From contig JAYWIR010000029.1 in NCBI GenBank assembly GCA_036172245.1, forward strand, positions 2,604,001 through 2,668,000: 64,000 bases of DNA, in the 5' to 3' direction. The position numbers were made by a program, and so were the translations under genes. The notes beneath the pieces were generated by a model, which was not told the origin of the DNA, did not search any database, and saw nothing but the letters and a program-made list of their open reading frames with translations. Positions 36,501-50,100 of the stretch are shown one piece after another. The stretch is from Raillietiella orientalis (taxonomy: Eukaryota). The stretch's first letter is position 1. Every line of letters starts with the position of its first letter.

Positions 36501-39500
36501 CGGAGAGTCCAGTCCCGGAGGAAAAATAATTTGCCCGGGAATTTCGCCCAGGGGTGCGAGGAGACTCTGCACCCTTCCTTTCTAGTCTCCCCCATCCCTG
36601 AGCTATCCACAAGAGGTCGGACGCGGCGGCGGAGGCACGGCGCCCCGTGTCCGATCTCCTCGATCTCCCGTGGATGCTGCCTCCTTCCCCGGTCCCCTTC
36701 ACTCACCCCCGCGAGCCTGTTGACTCCCAGCAGGAGCTTCTGCAGGTTGGCTGCTCCCCGGAAGGCCCCCGGTGCCACGGAGAGCATCCCGTTCCTTTCC
36801 AGGGACAAGACCTCCAGGTTCCTCAGGCTGACCAGGTCGTCTTCTCGGATGCTCTGGACAAGGAGAGCGTTCGGTGAGGAGCTGCTGCTTTCTCCGAAAG
36901 GAGGGAGCGGAGGGACAGACCTGGGACCGAGGCGCCGCCACGCGCCCTCGGTCCTGGCGGTCCGCACTGCCGCTGCAGGACGGTGATTTGGGGGGGGGGG
37001 GAAAAGGGAGGAGGGATGCGGGCGTTCCCCTCCTGAGGATCCGACCAGCTCTCTGGCCATCCTCAGGAAGCTCCGACCCGATAGGCGCCGCTCCGTGCGC
37101 AGGCGACAAGTCCCGGGGTCCCTCCCGCCCAGAAGCCCAGTCGGGTCCCTCACGCAGGACGGATTCCTCCCGGAGAACGGCGCCCCGGTCACCCCTTCCT
37201 CAGGAACCCCAGGAGGGAGAGCTCACCGTGATCCTGTTGGAAGCGAGGATGAGCTTCCGGAGGGATTTCAGAGGTGCCAGAGACTCGGAAGGGATCCTCG
37301 CAAACAGGTTGTCGCCGAGGTCCAGGATCTCCAGCTTCCGCAGGTTCGAGAAGACACCCTCCGGCAGGCCGCTCAGCCTGTTGTCCCCCAGCTGCAGGAC
37401 CCTCAGGGCGGAGGCGTTGCGGAAGGCCGACCCGTCCAGCGACCGGATGGCGTTCCGCCCGAGATCAATCGCGCCAAGGTGTGGGTGGGCGGAGAAGGCG
37501 AAACCGTGGACCGAGCCTGGAACGAGATCGGGATGCGCTCCCGGAAAGTGCCCCGGGCGATCCTCAACTGATGTCGTTGTGCCGCAGGCGTATCCTCCGC
37601 AGCGCCCGGGGACCAGAGATGGCTGCAGACGGCACCGCGGACAGGAAGTTGTCATCCAGGTTGATCTCCTGAAAGCACGCTGTGAGCGTTTACGGTCGCA
37701 GCTCCCCTCCCGGAGGTCTGGGGGCAGGAAAGAGACCGGGAGACGAGGAGGTCATCCCAGGTCCTCGGGAGGGAAGGAGTCCCGCGATCACCTTAGCTAC
37801 CCACCTGCCAAACAGCAGGGCTGGAACTCCCGCGTTCCCAACCGCCCAGGACGCAGCCGGTTCCCCTCTCTCCCTACTACTTCCCTCCCCTCCCCTCCCC
37901 TGGCGCGTAGCCCCGCTCTGCCCTCCAAACTGGCATCTGAGGCTCTTCCTTTCTCCTCCGGACCTGTTCGCCTGGAGGGTGCGGCGGCGACTCGAAACCT
38001 TTGAGGCGCTCCGCGGTCGGCAGGAAAGGGCAAGGAGGGAATGGGGGCAGAGGGTGGCCATGGTGGATCGTGGGTAAGCGAGATCGCGGAGGAACGGCGG
38101 AGACCAGACAGTTGCGGCTCACGGTGGACGGAGCTCCTCCGATCGCTTCAAGGGAGCTGCGCCGATCCCATGGAGAGGAGAGACCGCTCAGGGCCCGTGC
38201 CACGAGATGCTACGAGGGTAGAGGAGAGTACCGAACGTCCGAGGCAACAAGCAGTGCTCTCGGTGGGAGTCTGCAGATGAGGAGGAAAGAGACAGTGGGG
38301 AAAAAAAGACACTCGGAGGGGGCAGCTTGCAGGTGAGAAAGAAGCCCGCAGGGTAGCACCGAGTTCGCTCGGAAGACCACGTGTTTCGAGAGTCCGCGCT
38401 CCGAACAGGTGTTCCCACGACCCTGGTCCTGAACCGACCCTTTCCTCGCTTCCCAAGGAAGCGGTACCTATCTCCTTCTTTGGGAAACGATGCGACTTTT
38501 CGAGTGGCGGTGTCACTTTCGTGATGAAGGTTTCCGCATTCGTCTACTCCATTCCAGGCTGCCGCGGAAAGAGCTTTCTGGTGGATTCGATCGAATCCGA
38601 TCCCCTACGACGTCTGCATGCAGTCTTGCAGCACCGCGAGCAAGGTTGTCACCATGTATCGCTCCTGGACTGCCTCTCTGGAAGACGCACAGTTGGGCTT
38701 CGAATTTACTTTCCGATGAGGTCGCGAGATGTCAGCACTCAAACGTTTTCGAAATTACCCTCGCTCCCTGAGGAGTCTGCCGCTGAGGGCCTGTAATTCC
38801 CTGTTAGGCTAAAAGTGGAGGCAACACGACCCTTGGCCAGGTTGGAGTTCTCCATCCCCCTTCCTTTCCTTGAATGAGAAGCAAGCAAAGCCAAAACAGC
38901 TGTTCCTTACGACGACGAACTGGCACGGAGGTGCATCGTGTACGATGCATTGCGCGGAGCTGAGAAGCAGCTGGAGTTTCCAGGGGAGGCTGCTCAGTGT
39001 GTTCGGGAACTAAGAATTCGATTCTGCGGAAGATGCGGGCGGCAGGAGGAACCCGTGCAGCGTGCTTCAGGCAACAGAAGTTTCGAGTTCCGTGTGGAGA
39101 GGCCGCTGCATCCGTCCGAGTCCTCATCGGTTTGCTTCGTGCCTTCCACTGATGCCTTCCGGCTTTATTCTCAGATCGGAGCATCCACGGGCGTTTTCTG
39201 CTCTCCAAGGCCTCCTGCTCCTCCTCCTCCTCGGCTGAAGAACTCCCCTCTTAGTGTCCTGCGAAGGCTTCAAAAGGAACGTCAAGCACGTCGCTGTCCA
39301 TCCTTTTTCTCTCCGGAGGAACCCCGCTTCATTCTTTCTTATCCGGAAGATATCCCGCAAAGAAACTGCTCCTTGTTGCTCCTCTGAGGAGAACTACGAA
39401 AGAACGCTTCCCAATTTTCTCTGAAGGGTCGCTCCCGAAGGGGGCAGCGCGCTTCTTGACACTCTGGGCAGGTATCAACCAGCTTATGGTACGGCTCGCA

Positions 39501-42500
39501 CAACCAGAGGGGAACCGGTGCTCCTTGATTCCTGGAAGGGACCTCGGAGTATCAAATTCCAATCCCTGCCAGTCAACCGGGGGCATCCGGTTTCTGGCTT
39601 CCACTGGCTCTGCACCCGAAGTCTACAGGTCAACAAGCGTCATCCTACGGAGGGGACTCGAACACATGAGGGCACCTCCACTGTCTCGGCGTCTCTCCTT
39701 CCCCGACTGACATTCGAACCCGCAAGGACTCCTGTGGAACCCTTGCGGCTCTTATGGTAAGCAGAGGTCGCTTCTTTCCTGCAGCGAGAGCCGTTTCCAC
39801 AGAGCCAGGCAAGACTCGGAGGTTTCGACGCAGTTGCTGGAGCTCCCGGCTGAAGGACGCGGCTGGCGTTCGACTCGATCCTGCGCAGCTCTCAACTGAG
39901 CGGCCTCCTCTGGAGTCTCCAAACCAGGTCGCCCCGAACAAACATGACTGCCGAACCACCTGGGGGACTCCCTTCGCGCGATGGATCCACCGGGAACGGG
40001 TTCGGTCTCTTGGCTACCACACGCACACACCCTTGTGAAAGGTGGGAGTCTTCGCGCAGCTCCTCCTCCTAGAGGACCCCTTGCACGGGGATGGCTGGTT
40101 CATCGCCGCCGCCTCCTTCCTCTCTCGGCACCGCCGCCTTCTGTCGGAGGAGCCCTCTTCCACCTCCGACGGAGCGCCCGGCGTCGCCTGCACGTTTTCA
40201 GGCAGATGTCGGCAGGGGAGATCCGAGAGGTGAGGAGGCACCGCCGCGGGCAAGGTCGAAACGCTCTTCCGGAGCCGAGAGGTCTTCCCCCGCACTCGCG
40301 GCGATCATCCGGGATTGCGGATCGCTCTTGGAAGGGTCCGCTGCCACGCCGGGCGCGGCAGTCCTGACTCGCCGCGCCCCTCCCACGACGGGTCCGACTT
40401 TTTCCCCCCTGCGAGCTCTCGGCAGAAAAGTTCTCCAACGAGTGCCCCCAGGCCCTCGCACCGTAGGGCAAACGGGAAGGGGCCAATGGAATCTCTCAGA
40501 TGCGAGGGCCCGACCACCTGCCTCCACTCGCGCGCACGTCGCGGAATTCCAAAGCCTCGCCCTCGTGGGGTTCCCCCCACGACAGCAACAGCCGAGTATG
40601 AGCGTCGTCCTCGGCAGAGTTTCCTTCCCGTGCTGCCACCGCGTGCATCTCCCGGGAAGCTGCAGTGCAAGCTGCCGCGAGGTCTTCACTTCCCTGCCCC
40701 TCCGAAGGGGAGACGGAAGGGTCTGCCGCCCGATCGCGCCGTTTCCGTCCCCGTAGCATCCCACCGAGTGCCGTCAGCGGGTCTGCATCTTGCGAGGGGG
40801 CTTGATCTCCCGGCTCGGGTGCGCCCAACGGCCGGGCGAAGAAGGGAGCCGAGGAAAAGGCGCGGGGAGGAGGAACGTGCAGCGCCATCCACGCCTGCTG
40901 CCTCTGTGGCATCAGCAACATCTGCGGCAGATCTCGAGAAGGGAGGAGAGCGGAAAACCCGCCGGTCGCCCCTTGGAGATAGAGATGCGACGGGAGGTGA
41001 CGAAGGAGGACGACCTGCTCCGCGACCCTGACCTGTTACTTCGCCTCGCGGCGCATCGGCAGCAGCTTCTCCACTCTGCAGGCCTTCTCTTCGGAGAGGG
41101 AGGTCGGGAGGGGATGGCGGCACGACAAGGCTGCGAGAGGGAAGGAGGAGGAGGACATTCCAAGAAGCGCCGCGGGGCATCCTCTCGTTTGCGAGAAGAG
41201 CTGCGCTTTGGGATCGAAAGAATCCCCCCAAACTGGGAAACGCCCGTACCCCCCCCCCCCTTCCGTTCAAGGGTGAGTGCGTACATTGCGCTCGGGATGG
41301 TGGCGGCATCACTCGGCGCGCGTATCGCGCACGGGAACGCAGCGTGGTGCATGCGAACCACAAAGCTCAGGCGCTGAATGAAAGAAGCACCGGCGTTCCG
41401 TCTAAAAGCACCGTAGATACGAAGGATACGGATGCTAGGAGGAGTGTCCTCCGAGGAAAAGCTCTCACCGACGTTCCAGGAGAGAGATCCGTGCTTCCTT
41501 CAAAGCCGATATACAAAACAGGCACTCGAGGCTTCCGGGTCCAGACGGGCATCCTCCTTGGTCAGCGGATGGAGAGGGATGCGGCCGGAAAAAAAACGGC
41601 TTGGGACGAAACGCCACTTTCAGCTTCCTGGCCTGCCTTTGAGCTTCGGCCGGGGCGTCTCCGGCACTGCGGCCGGGCACCATCAGGGTGGGGAGGGAGG
41701 CCATGGCGACGGCAGCCACGCGAGTCAGCCCGTTCCCCGTTGCAGCTTCCCTCCCAGGACCGGAATTCCCCCCCGGAGGCGCCTCCCGCCTCGGCAGCGC
41801 GCGAAACGCAGGAAGTCTCGGGGAGCTGCCCGGTGGCACGCCTCGCGCGCAGCGAGTGATGCGATGCGATCTGACGCCGGCCTCCGTGTTTGCCGGCGAC
41901 ACCGCCGCCGCCGAACACATCGTGAAGCAGACAGCACACAAAGAGTGAGATCGCGCGAAACCGAGGGATGAAACAAAGGAAGACCTGGGCGTTCGATGCG
42001 AGCTGGAACAGCGGGATTTTTTTTTTTTCCCCCCCAGAAGAACCCGGATGGTGGTGTTTGACGCGAGTCAAAATTCAGTGGATCGCGCACTGGCGCATGC
42101 GCGGCCTTCTAGACCTTCCGCTCTCGTCTTTAGACGGTACCGGAGTTTTCGTGATTCGATTCAGACGTGCTAAGAATTGCCCCCAGGAAAACGGGCAAGG
42201 GGATTGTTTCTCCGGGCAAAAACACCACGAGCGCAGCAGAGAAGGCATGTTATTAGCGCGAAAATTGGACGAGATGCCGACGGGGCGTTCCGCGCCTACG
42301 GACAACACGCAGGAAGGAGTGGAAGAGTGGAAGAGATCAGCCCAGGCAGCTAGATGTTTCGGAAAGCAATAAAGATGTTTTCTGCTTCGCGGAGATGCTT
42401 CGGAATTTCCATTTTCCTTTCAGCTTGCCTCTCCGCGACTGCCCCGTGACTTGTCTCCGGGAAATTCGGATCCCAGGTAGATTCTTCTCCGCATCTTGTT

Positions 42501-45500
42501 TTCGTTATCGTGATGCTTCCTTAGCAACCTCCCTGGAAACTGCTCGCCGACTGCTTCCATGAAGAATCCGGGACCCAGTTCGCCTTTTCAGGTGATCTTA
42601 CCCACCTATTCGAACGGTGCGAACTCGAGTGACGCGACTGTTTTTTTCTCCGCTGAACGGGTCATTCGCGCCCTTCAGCTGCAAGCTTGTTATGTGAAAA
42701 ATGGGTTTGTCCCGGATGGAAAACCTATCCCTTCCACGGATTCAAAATTTTCCTGGTCTGATCATAAAAGGCTGCAGGAAAAAGTTTTTTTTTTCTGTTT
42801 TAATTCGAAGCGGGATGAAACGTACACACACGGCCAAATATTTCGAAATACACGTACACTACGCACGCCGGCTGCGAAGTGCGTAAATCAAAGAGGTAAA
42901 CACAATCGGATGGCGCCAACGTCGCATCTCCCAAATGCAAAGCAAACACAAAACAAAAAAAAATTTCCTTTTTTTCCCCTTTGCCCCAAAGTGAACGCGA
43001 ATTCCGCGGCGAAACCACCCCTGCGCGGCGCGCCTCATCTTCCTCATCAAGGGTTGAGGCCCCTCTCGCTCGGCTCCCGCAATTACGGGCAGCTCAAAGT
43101 GATCAGAAACGCTGGGGCCGCCTATTTAGGTTCGGTTCCGAAGATCCGTCTCTTAAATGGGAAGATCCCTCCTGGTCAACACATTGTAAAACGATGGAAG
43201 AAACAAAGAAATCGGATGACGTCAGCAAGCAGGTAAGGCGGCTCCCAAATTTTTTTCCTTTTTTTCTTTTTCCAGAGCATCCTTTGATTCGATCTGTGCC
43301 TGAGGTGAAATCTATCAGATCGGCAACGGAAATTGCAGGAAGCGGCGCCCGCAGATCGCCGACGGTCCCTTCCGCAGCGTTAATTAATCGCTGTTAATTA
43401 ATCGTTGTTGCGTCTATTTGCGTGGATCTCCCCGGTTCCAAAAGAGCAGCGGAAGAGCAGGAGTGGAAGGGTTGCGAAAGTGTCCAGAGCAAAGCAACGC
43501 CTAATTATTCAATTTCCGGTCAAGAAGAGCGTTCGCGTAATTTGGGCCGTGATGAACGCGCAATTGAATCTCCCTGCGTATCATCTCTCTTCGGATGCTG
43601 CCTAATTGTAGCGCCATCTTTCACTTATTCTTCAATTAACCGAGCGAAACGCACTCCCAGAAGAGCCACCTTCTCCCCTTTTCCGCTTCCAGAAGGCGAA
43701 AGCGGTTTCAACGGTTTCGGCTGCGCGGCCGGCACTTTCCCGAATCTGTGACGTTTGCCGCTCTGCAGCTGCCACGCACCCGACCAAGCGAGAACTCTGC
43801 GTCCAAAGACGCGTGCCCTCAAGAAGGCGGTAATCGAAGGCCGGTGTCCATCCCCCTTCATTCACATTTGTATGACCATTACACCCTGAGGTGCGCGCTA
43901 AAAATACAACAAAGTAGTTCCCTCCAGTGACGGCTGGAGCCCACCGCGCTGACCTCACTCCCTGCAGACGAAATTTTATCGCCGTTTCAACACTGGCGCC
44001 TCCGCGTTGGCTGAGGTTTCCTGCTTTCGCCTCCCCGGCGGCGGTTGGTGCGTTTGCGACACGGGAAAGACGCGAGCGCACGGATGGATGAAGACGGGGT
44101 TTTTCGACAGGGGAAAACAAGGAAATTAGAAGGATGGTTTCACACGGGCAAGAGGAAACCTGGTCCTAATAAACACACCACGTTAGTATTAAAGCGATCC
44201 GCTAAGTAGCCACCATCTGTGTGATGACGTGTAGGATACGGACGTGGGTCCAGATTGCAGGATGTGCGGCCATTATGTGCTCGCGCAGCGAAGGCAGTGT
44301 CCCGTGAAACGAAAGACGGGAGTGCCTCACATGCATGTAGCGATCGAGAGCGGACAAAGGCGGCTGGGGTAGCAGCCGAGCTGTACGTCATAAAGAAGAG
44401 ATGGAGGGTGCCACCTATTACGTACACCCTAGGGACGTGTTGGAGTGGAGTACGCATGGCAACGGACGGTATGGCGCTGGCCGATAAGAATCCTTTCTTA
44501 GCCGATGGCCGATACTGGACATTCGATGGAGGCAAGAGAATCAAGCAGAGGATGCAGCCCCCTCCGTGGCACAGCCGACAGCAGGAGACGGGCAAAACAT
44601 CCACTTGCACCTTATGGAGGAGGCGAAAAAGGAGCTTCCGGATTCGCGAGTCAGAAGGGGGTGAAGAGAGCCCCAGGCTGAAAGGCATCGGACAGGTAGC
44701 AGAAGCAAGAATGGCCAACACGGGAAGGTCAAAAGATACACGCCGAAAGACGGGAAGCGCGCGTGATGTTTCGTCAGAACCTCTGTACGAAGACCGAAAG
44801 CCTCACTGGGTGAGGCTTTCCGTCTCACTCTCACTTGGTGAGAGTCTGGCGGCGGGAGCGCCGGTGGCGACGAGCGAGAACAGGGAGGGGCCAGAGTGGG
44901 ACCAGAGAAGGCGGTTGGTTACCAGGGAACCAGCGCGCCAAGTCCCAGGAACTAGGATGAAAGCGAGCAAAGGTGGATCACGGAGGAGGAAAGGAGTGGA
45001 CCCAGGAGTTGCGGTGCTCTTTACCGTTCCGTTCGGAACCCGCTCAACCCCTCCCGTTCGGGAAAAGCAAAGGTCGGGATCGCCTCTGAGGACGCGATCG
45101 ACGTGCATGCCCATGGAAGCGCACTCTTTCCAGCACGCGAACTGTCGCGTGCTGGAAAGAGTGCAAGCGGACGATACCGGCCAGCAGCAGCAACCATGGG
45201 ATGCGGGCTGCTTGGTGCAGACGTGTAAGAGAAGAGCCACTAGGTTAGGGGGGAGCCAAGACAGTGTCTCCCTCCCCCGGGGGAAAGAGGGGAGGAAACC
45301 GCCCTCTTCCTTCTCCTTCGCTCCTCTCCCTCCTTCCTCGCACCTGACCCTCTTTGCAGGAGGGGCCGCCTGCGAGAAATGCGAAGACGCGCCGGAGGAA
45401 GGACACCAGGGAAGGGAACCAGCGGGAGAAGAGGGGAAAAGCATATGATGCTCGGTCAGAAGCGAGAGTGCCCCAGGGGCAGGAAAGAGACTGTTCCTCC

Positions 45501-46726
45501 TTGAGGCGAAGGATGGGGGGTCTCAGAGAGAAAGGTCGAGGGCTCCTGCCGCCCCGGACAGGCGGCAGGAGTCACGCGCAGCTGCTTCTCCTAGAGGGGC
45601 AGACCGAGTCCAGGAGACGGAGCGGGAAGCGACGTCGCTGAGGCGTCCCTAGCAACCTGCACTGGACGCGCCTCTGCAGGAAATGGCGCATTGGCTTTCC
45701 CTGCCCGGGGAGGGACGGAAGTGGCAGTCCTCTCCCCATCCCCCGGACCAGATGGGGAGACGGGGAAGGGGAGACGCCTGCCCCCCTGCCGACGCCATCC
45801 GGCGGAGCGTCCTCTGTGACTTCCAGCGGGGACCGACCCCATCCGGCCTCACTAGGAGAGGTCGTTGACCCCCCTATCCCACTCGTTCTTTCGCAGTGGT
45901 CGGGTTGCCCTTACGCGAAAGACCCCGAGGGCGAAGGATGAGCTCCCCAGGAACCTCCTGGAGGCGGTGCTCCGGCGAACGGCCAGCCCCCGCGGGAGAC
46001 GAACGCCCGCATTTGACCCGAAGTCACCCCTTCACCTTTCCGCAGGCGCCTCCCTGTGGAGCAGCAGCAGCCAGGTCGGGTGGCGGCGATGAGCTCCGAG
46101 CCGCGCCTCCGGAGAGAGAGCGAGGGGCGGACGGGGGGAAGTGAAACGAAACAGAGAGGGCGGTTGGTTACCTGCAGGGAGACGCATCCCAACAGGATAC
46201 CATCGGCGACCTCGTGGATGCGGTTGGACCCGAGGTCCAGGTACCTCAGCCTCCGCAGCTCCTTGAGCTCGGCGGTCGCGAAGGCCGGGTGCAGCATGTC
46301 GCCGAGGAGATTGTGGGACAGGTCGAGCGCCTCCAGGGTGGCCTCCACTCCCTCGAAGAGCCGCTCCGTGAGGCGCCTCAGCAGGTTGTGCGACAAGTCC
46401 AGCTCCCGGATGGGGGCGCCGCTGGCCGAGAAGATCTGTCCCGACAGGCTCTGGTAGCCGACCCACCTCTGGCTGAACCGGACAACCCTGCGGCGGAAGG
46501 GCAGTGCGGGGAACCGGGAGGAGACGGTCCCGTCGCAGTCCACGTGGGTCCCGTTTCCCGAAGGGGCATCTGCGCAGAAGCAGGGGATCTCGAAGCTGGG
46601 GCTGTACACGGGACAAGGCACGGCGCCGGGGGAGCGCTGGAGAGCCAGGGGAACATCCGGCGCGGGGAAGCAGGCGCCCAGCAGAAGGGCGACGGCGACG
46701 GCAGTGAGCGTTGTCCGCGTCGCCAT
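33550..46726 (-). CDS. Large extracellular leucine-rich-repeat single-pass membrane protein (chaoptin-like LRR family), ~1318 aa
   Basis: Exons 46726-46172, 37668-37569, 37516-37227, 36853-36707 and 36414-33550 have GT-AG boundaries and sum to 3957 nt in frame. The ATG is in CACCATGG context and is followed by a signal peptide (TLTAVAVALLLGAC), a Cys-rich LRR-NT and roughly 35-40 LxxLxLxxN repeats. The C-terminus has an LRR-CT (LLCDC...W...C..P.EL), a TM helix (ILLIGILGGVILFICILVTIIYLI) and a short cytoplasmic tail. The TM/tail argues against true GPI-anchored Chaoptin. Confidence 0.93.
39175..39745 (-). mobile_element. tRNA-headed SINE-like element, copy C (diverged, inside LRR intron 1)
   Basis: GGGAACCGGTGCTCCTTGATTC...GCCAGTCAAC...CATCCTACGGAGGGGACTCGAACACATG...TCTCGGCGTC...TTCGAACCCGCAA is collinear with 15310-15510. 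The tail motif GCTGAAGAACTC is at ~39235. Confidence 0.65.
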
Positions 46727-47649
46727 GGTGAAAGAGGCGAGGGGGACCTTGGCTTAGGGGAAGAGGTTCGCCAAGTCGCCTCGGGGACCAGAGACCTCGT
46801 GGGGGGGGGGAGTTGCCTCACTAGCCCCAGGTCGGACTAGAGACAATGGGGCTTCCTCACTGGGGTGGTGCGAATCCGCTGGGAGGTGAGGGAGGTGGCG
46901 GCGCGATGCATCCTTCTGGCGGAGGAGGGGACCTCGCCTTCAGGGACGTCTCGCGCCAGTGCTCATCGGTCGGTCCCTTGGAGCACGGCAGTGGCGGCGG
47001 CGACCTGAAAGAGGAAAAGTCGGTTCCGGACCGGGCACGAAAGTCGACGAGCAATGAGGGTTCTCCCCCCTCCCCCCACTTGAGGCGGATGGGGCAAGCC
47101 CTCCGCTCCCTTCTGGTCAGCCCTCGAGGAGCACGGAGCTCCGCCGCTTCGTTTCTCTTTTTTTTTTTTTGGCTTTGACATGCCGAAGGGAAAACGGCCG
47201 TACGGTGCACCCGACCCCCTCCCCAACCCCCTCCGGATCCTGCGACGCGGCTGCCAGAGCGCGTTCCAGACAAAAGAGCTGGAGGGGAGATGGAACGCCC
47301 TCCTTATCAGGAAAGGGGGGTTCGGTATACCTTCTGCAGCTGATTTTCTCTTCCATTCCTACGCCCCCTGACCGTGCCACCACAGACCCCGGGCTGCAAC
47401 GATCCTTGCAAGCGCAGCAAGACGCACCCGAAAGCGCTCCTGCCAGTCCGAACGGTGGAAGTGGTCGGCCGAAATGTGGAAAACGCTCGAAAGATGGCTC
47501 TGCGGGTCCCTTTCGGAATTTGTCCCTCGGAGACTCCGTGAGCACTCGCGTGTGTATGTGTTTCTGTGCCTCCTATTCTGCTACCTCTTTTCTAGAAAGA
47601 ATATCCGATGGCTCCCGTACGAATGGATAATGCACACCCAGGGCTGGAG

Positions 47650-50100
47650 CCACTCGGGGGATGAACGCTGCCAACCGCTCGAGCTTCCCTCTTCCGCCGG
47701 GAGATGGCAAGCGCAGCTCGTTCCCGCGGATCCGTAGCCGAGACAGCGAGCGGCTTCGACCCGAAACGAACGGGCAGCACGCAACGGCGGCGGCGGCGTC
47801 CGAAGGGGGAAGAGGGGGAGAAGCTGGCGGCGACACATGGCTGCGGGGATGGCGAACAGTCCCCTCGGCCGGGGAGACACGGCGCGTCGATCCGCCGCGC
47901 CCCGCCGTCCTTCGACGATCCGGGCGGCTTCGCTTCTCCCGCCGGGGCGCGGCGGGTAGAAAGACAGGCAGGGGTGGGGAAAGAAGGCACGCGGGATGGA
48001 AGGGGCGCAGGGTGGGAACCGGGAGGGGGAGGGTCTCAAAGCGCGCGAAAGGGCGAGCACGGAAAACTCCTAGGGCGGGCGCGCATCTGCGAAACCCTCG
48101 CGCTCTCTCCATTGCCACGGCAGCAGACGGGGAAAAGGGGAAAGACCGCCGCCATCTTCGCCTTTCCTCCCTCGCGAGCCTTCGAAGCAAGGGGTCACGA
48201 GGGTGCGCCCTCGAGGTTCGGCGATCTCGGAGCCAGGAAAAGGCCGTGCTCCCCGGGAGATGCGGCGACGCCTCGCGGCCGTCCTCTCCTCGCCGCGTGC
48301 ACGAACGGGAGGGTGTCGTCTCCTGCCCCCTCTGATCCACCCCACTGCTAGAGGGGGGCGCCGCCGCAATTTCGAGACACACCGAAAGCGGGATTCGAAG
48401 GGGTGGGGGGTGCGAGAACGCGCGCGCTCCTCCTGTGCGCCGACGGGAGGCACCGGGTAGGGGAGGGGGGGAGGAGGAGGAGAGAAGCGCACCTACGCGA
48501 CCTTTGACCCTTCCCCTTCCCTCAGACCCTCCGTTCATTCCAGGGAGCAACGGCGCCTCGGAGGGGTCACACGGGGGACGCTGGACACGCACGTTCGAGG
48601 ATCACCGCGCGCACATCCTGCAGGCTCCGAACTGAAGCCGTCCGCAGACGACGGAGTCTCGGGCGGCAGCCCCGGCCGGACACCGCCTAGGGGCGAAATG
48701 TTCTCCGCGGCCGCACAGCGCGGATCGTTGCTCACCCGCCGGGGGGAGGACAAAGGTCAAACGATTTCCGCCGTCTGTGCGCTGTGATTAGCGGGCACGG
48801 CGGCGGCGGCGGCGCACCAAATCTGGAACGGTGCCGCGCGCGCGAGGGGGCGGCGGAGAGGGAAGAGGAGGCGCTGGAAGGAGTCGCCGCGCTCTCCGGA
48901 GAGTCTATTTTTGGAGCGGCCGGAGGCGACCGCCGCCGCTCGAGGCAGCGGCGGCGGCGGCGGCGGCGGCAGGGAGCACGAGGGAAGGGAGATGCAGACA
49001 GGGGAGGAGGAGGAAGAAAGGGGGCCTTTCCTCTCCTCTTCCTCCCCCCCTCCCCCAGCTGCGTCCCTCTCGGGCAGGCGAGGGACGCCTCCCGGACGCG
49101 GCTGACCTTGGCGCAAAGCATCCCTCTCGCCCCATGCAGATTTTTGCGCCCAGCGGAAAGAGGACGATCAGCTTTTCGGGATGCTGCGGGGAATCCGCCA
49201 GGGAGGGACCTCCTCCCTTATCCCTCTTTCCCCCCTGTCGCTGGGGTCCCGAAAATGTGGTAGAGGAGGAGGAGCAGCAGAGAGTCTCTCCCGGACGCTT
49301 CTCTCGAAAGGGGTCCTCGGAAACCGGCAGCAAGGACCCTCCGAGAGAGCTCCCGATGTCTCGCCACCGCGTTGCCAGGCCGAGTCCGAAAGAAGCGACG
49401 AACCGGACGGTTGCCACGCGGCCAGCTGCACACCCCACTGCGCGACCTCCCAGCCCGGCCCGCAGGAAGGTGCGCGGTGCGTGGCGGGAGACACCGCCCC
49501 GGGGGATCGAGCCGCGCGCGCGCCAGGGAGAGGAAGAACGGACGGGATAAGAGGGTAGCGACGCACCGCCTCTGGTCGTCGTTTGATCGACGGTCCGGTC
49601 CGCATTCCCGCTCTCCGCATCCTTCATCCCCCCCCTTCTCTCACTTTGCCGAGTCCGTTAACAAGGCAGCCGCCACCACCCGCACACGACCCTCGCGGCT
49701 AGCACGAGCCGCATAGCCACTGCCGCCCCACATAGCCGCGGCCGCCGCCGTCTGGCGCGGCAGACTCAACGTGCTCTCTGGTGGACGCGTCCTGCGCGAT
49801 CGCGGAGGCTACAGGAACACAGCTGGGGCGCGTCCGCACGGCCGACTCTTCTACGGCCGATGCTCTCTCTCCCCATCCCGTATCGAGCTTCCCTGCTCCT
49901 GGCGCTGCGCGTCGCGCGCCCGACCGAAGGGAGAGGCGCCTCCCGGACAACAGAGAGGGAGTCCTGCAGGAGCGCCGGGTCGAGCCGTCGTCCGCAACCG
50001 CCTCGCTATCCGGAGACGCGTTTCCGAGGAAATCCCCTTTCATCCCGGCAACGGTTTCGTGACCCGGGACACCTGAGAGCGTAATCCTCAGTGGCGGTGC
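47650..50100 (-). promoter_or_regulatory. CpG/GC-rich region, probable promoter and non-coding first exon of the LRR gene
   Basis: Very high CpG density with a (GGC)n tract at ~48945-48970. A minus-strand donor CGG|GTGAGC at 48736/48735 could splice to acceptor TTCCCCTAAG| at 46753/46752, 26 nt before the ATG. Confidence 0.35.

Noticed and set aside
34213..36585. Long plus-strand ORFs overlapping the LRR gene
   Set aside because: These are shadow ORFs caused by high GC3 codon bias on the coding strand.
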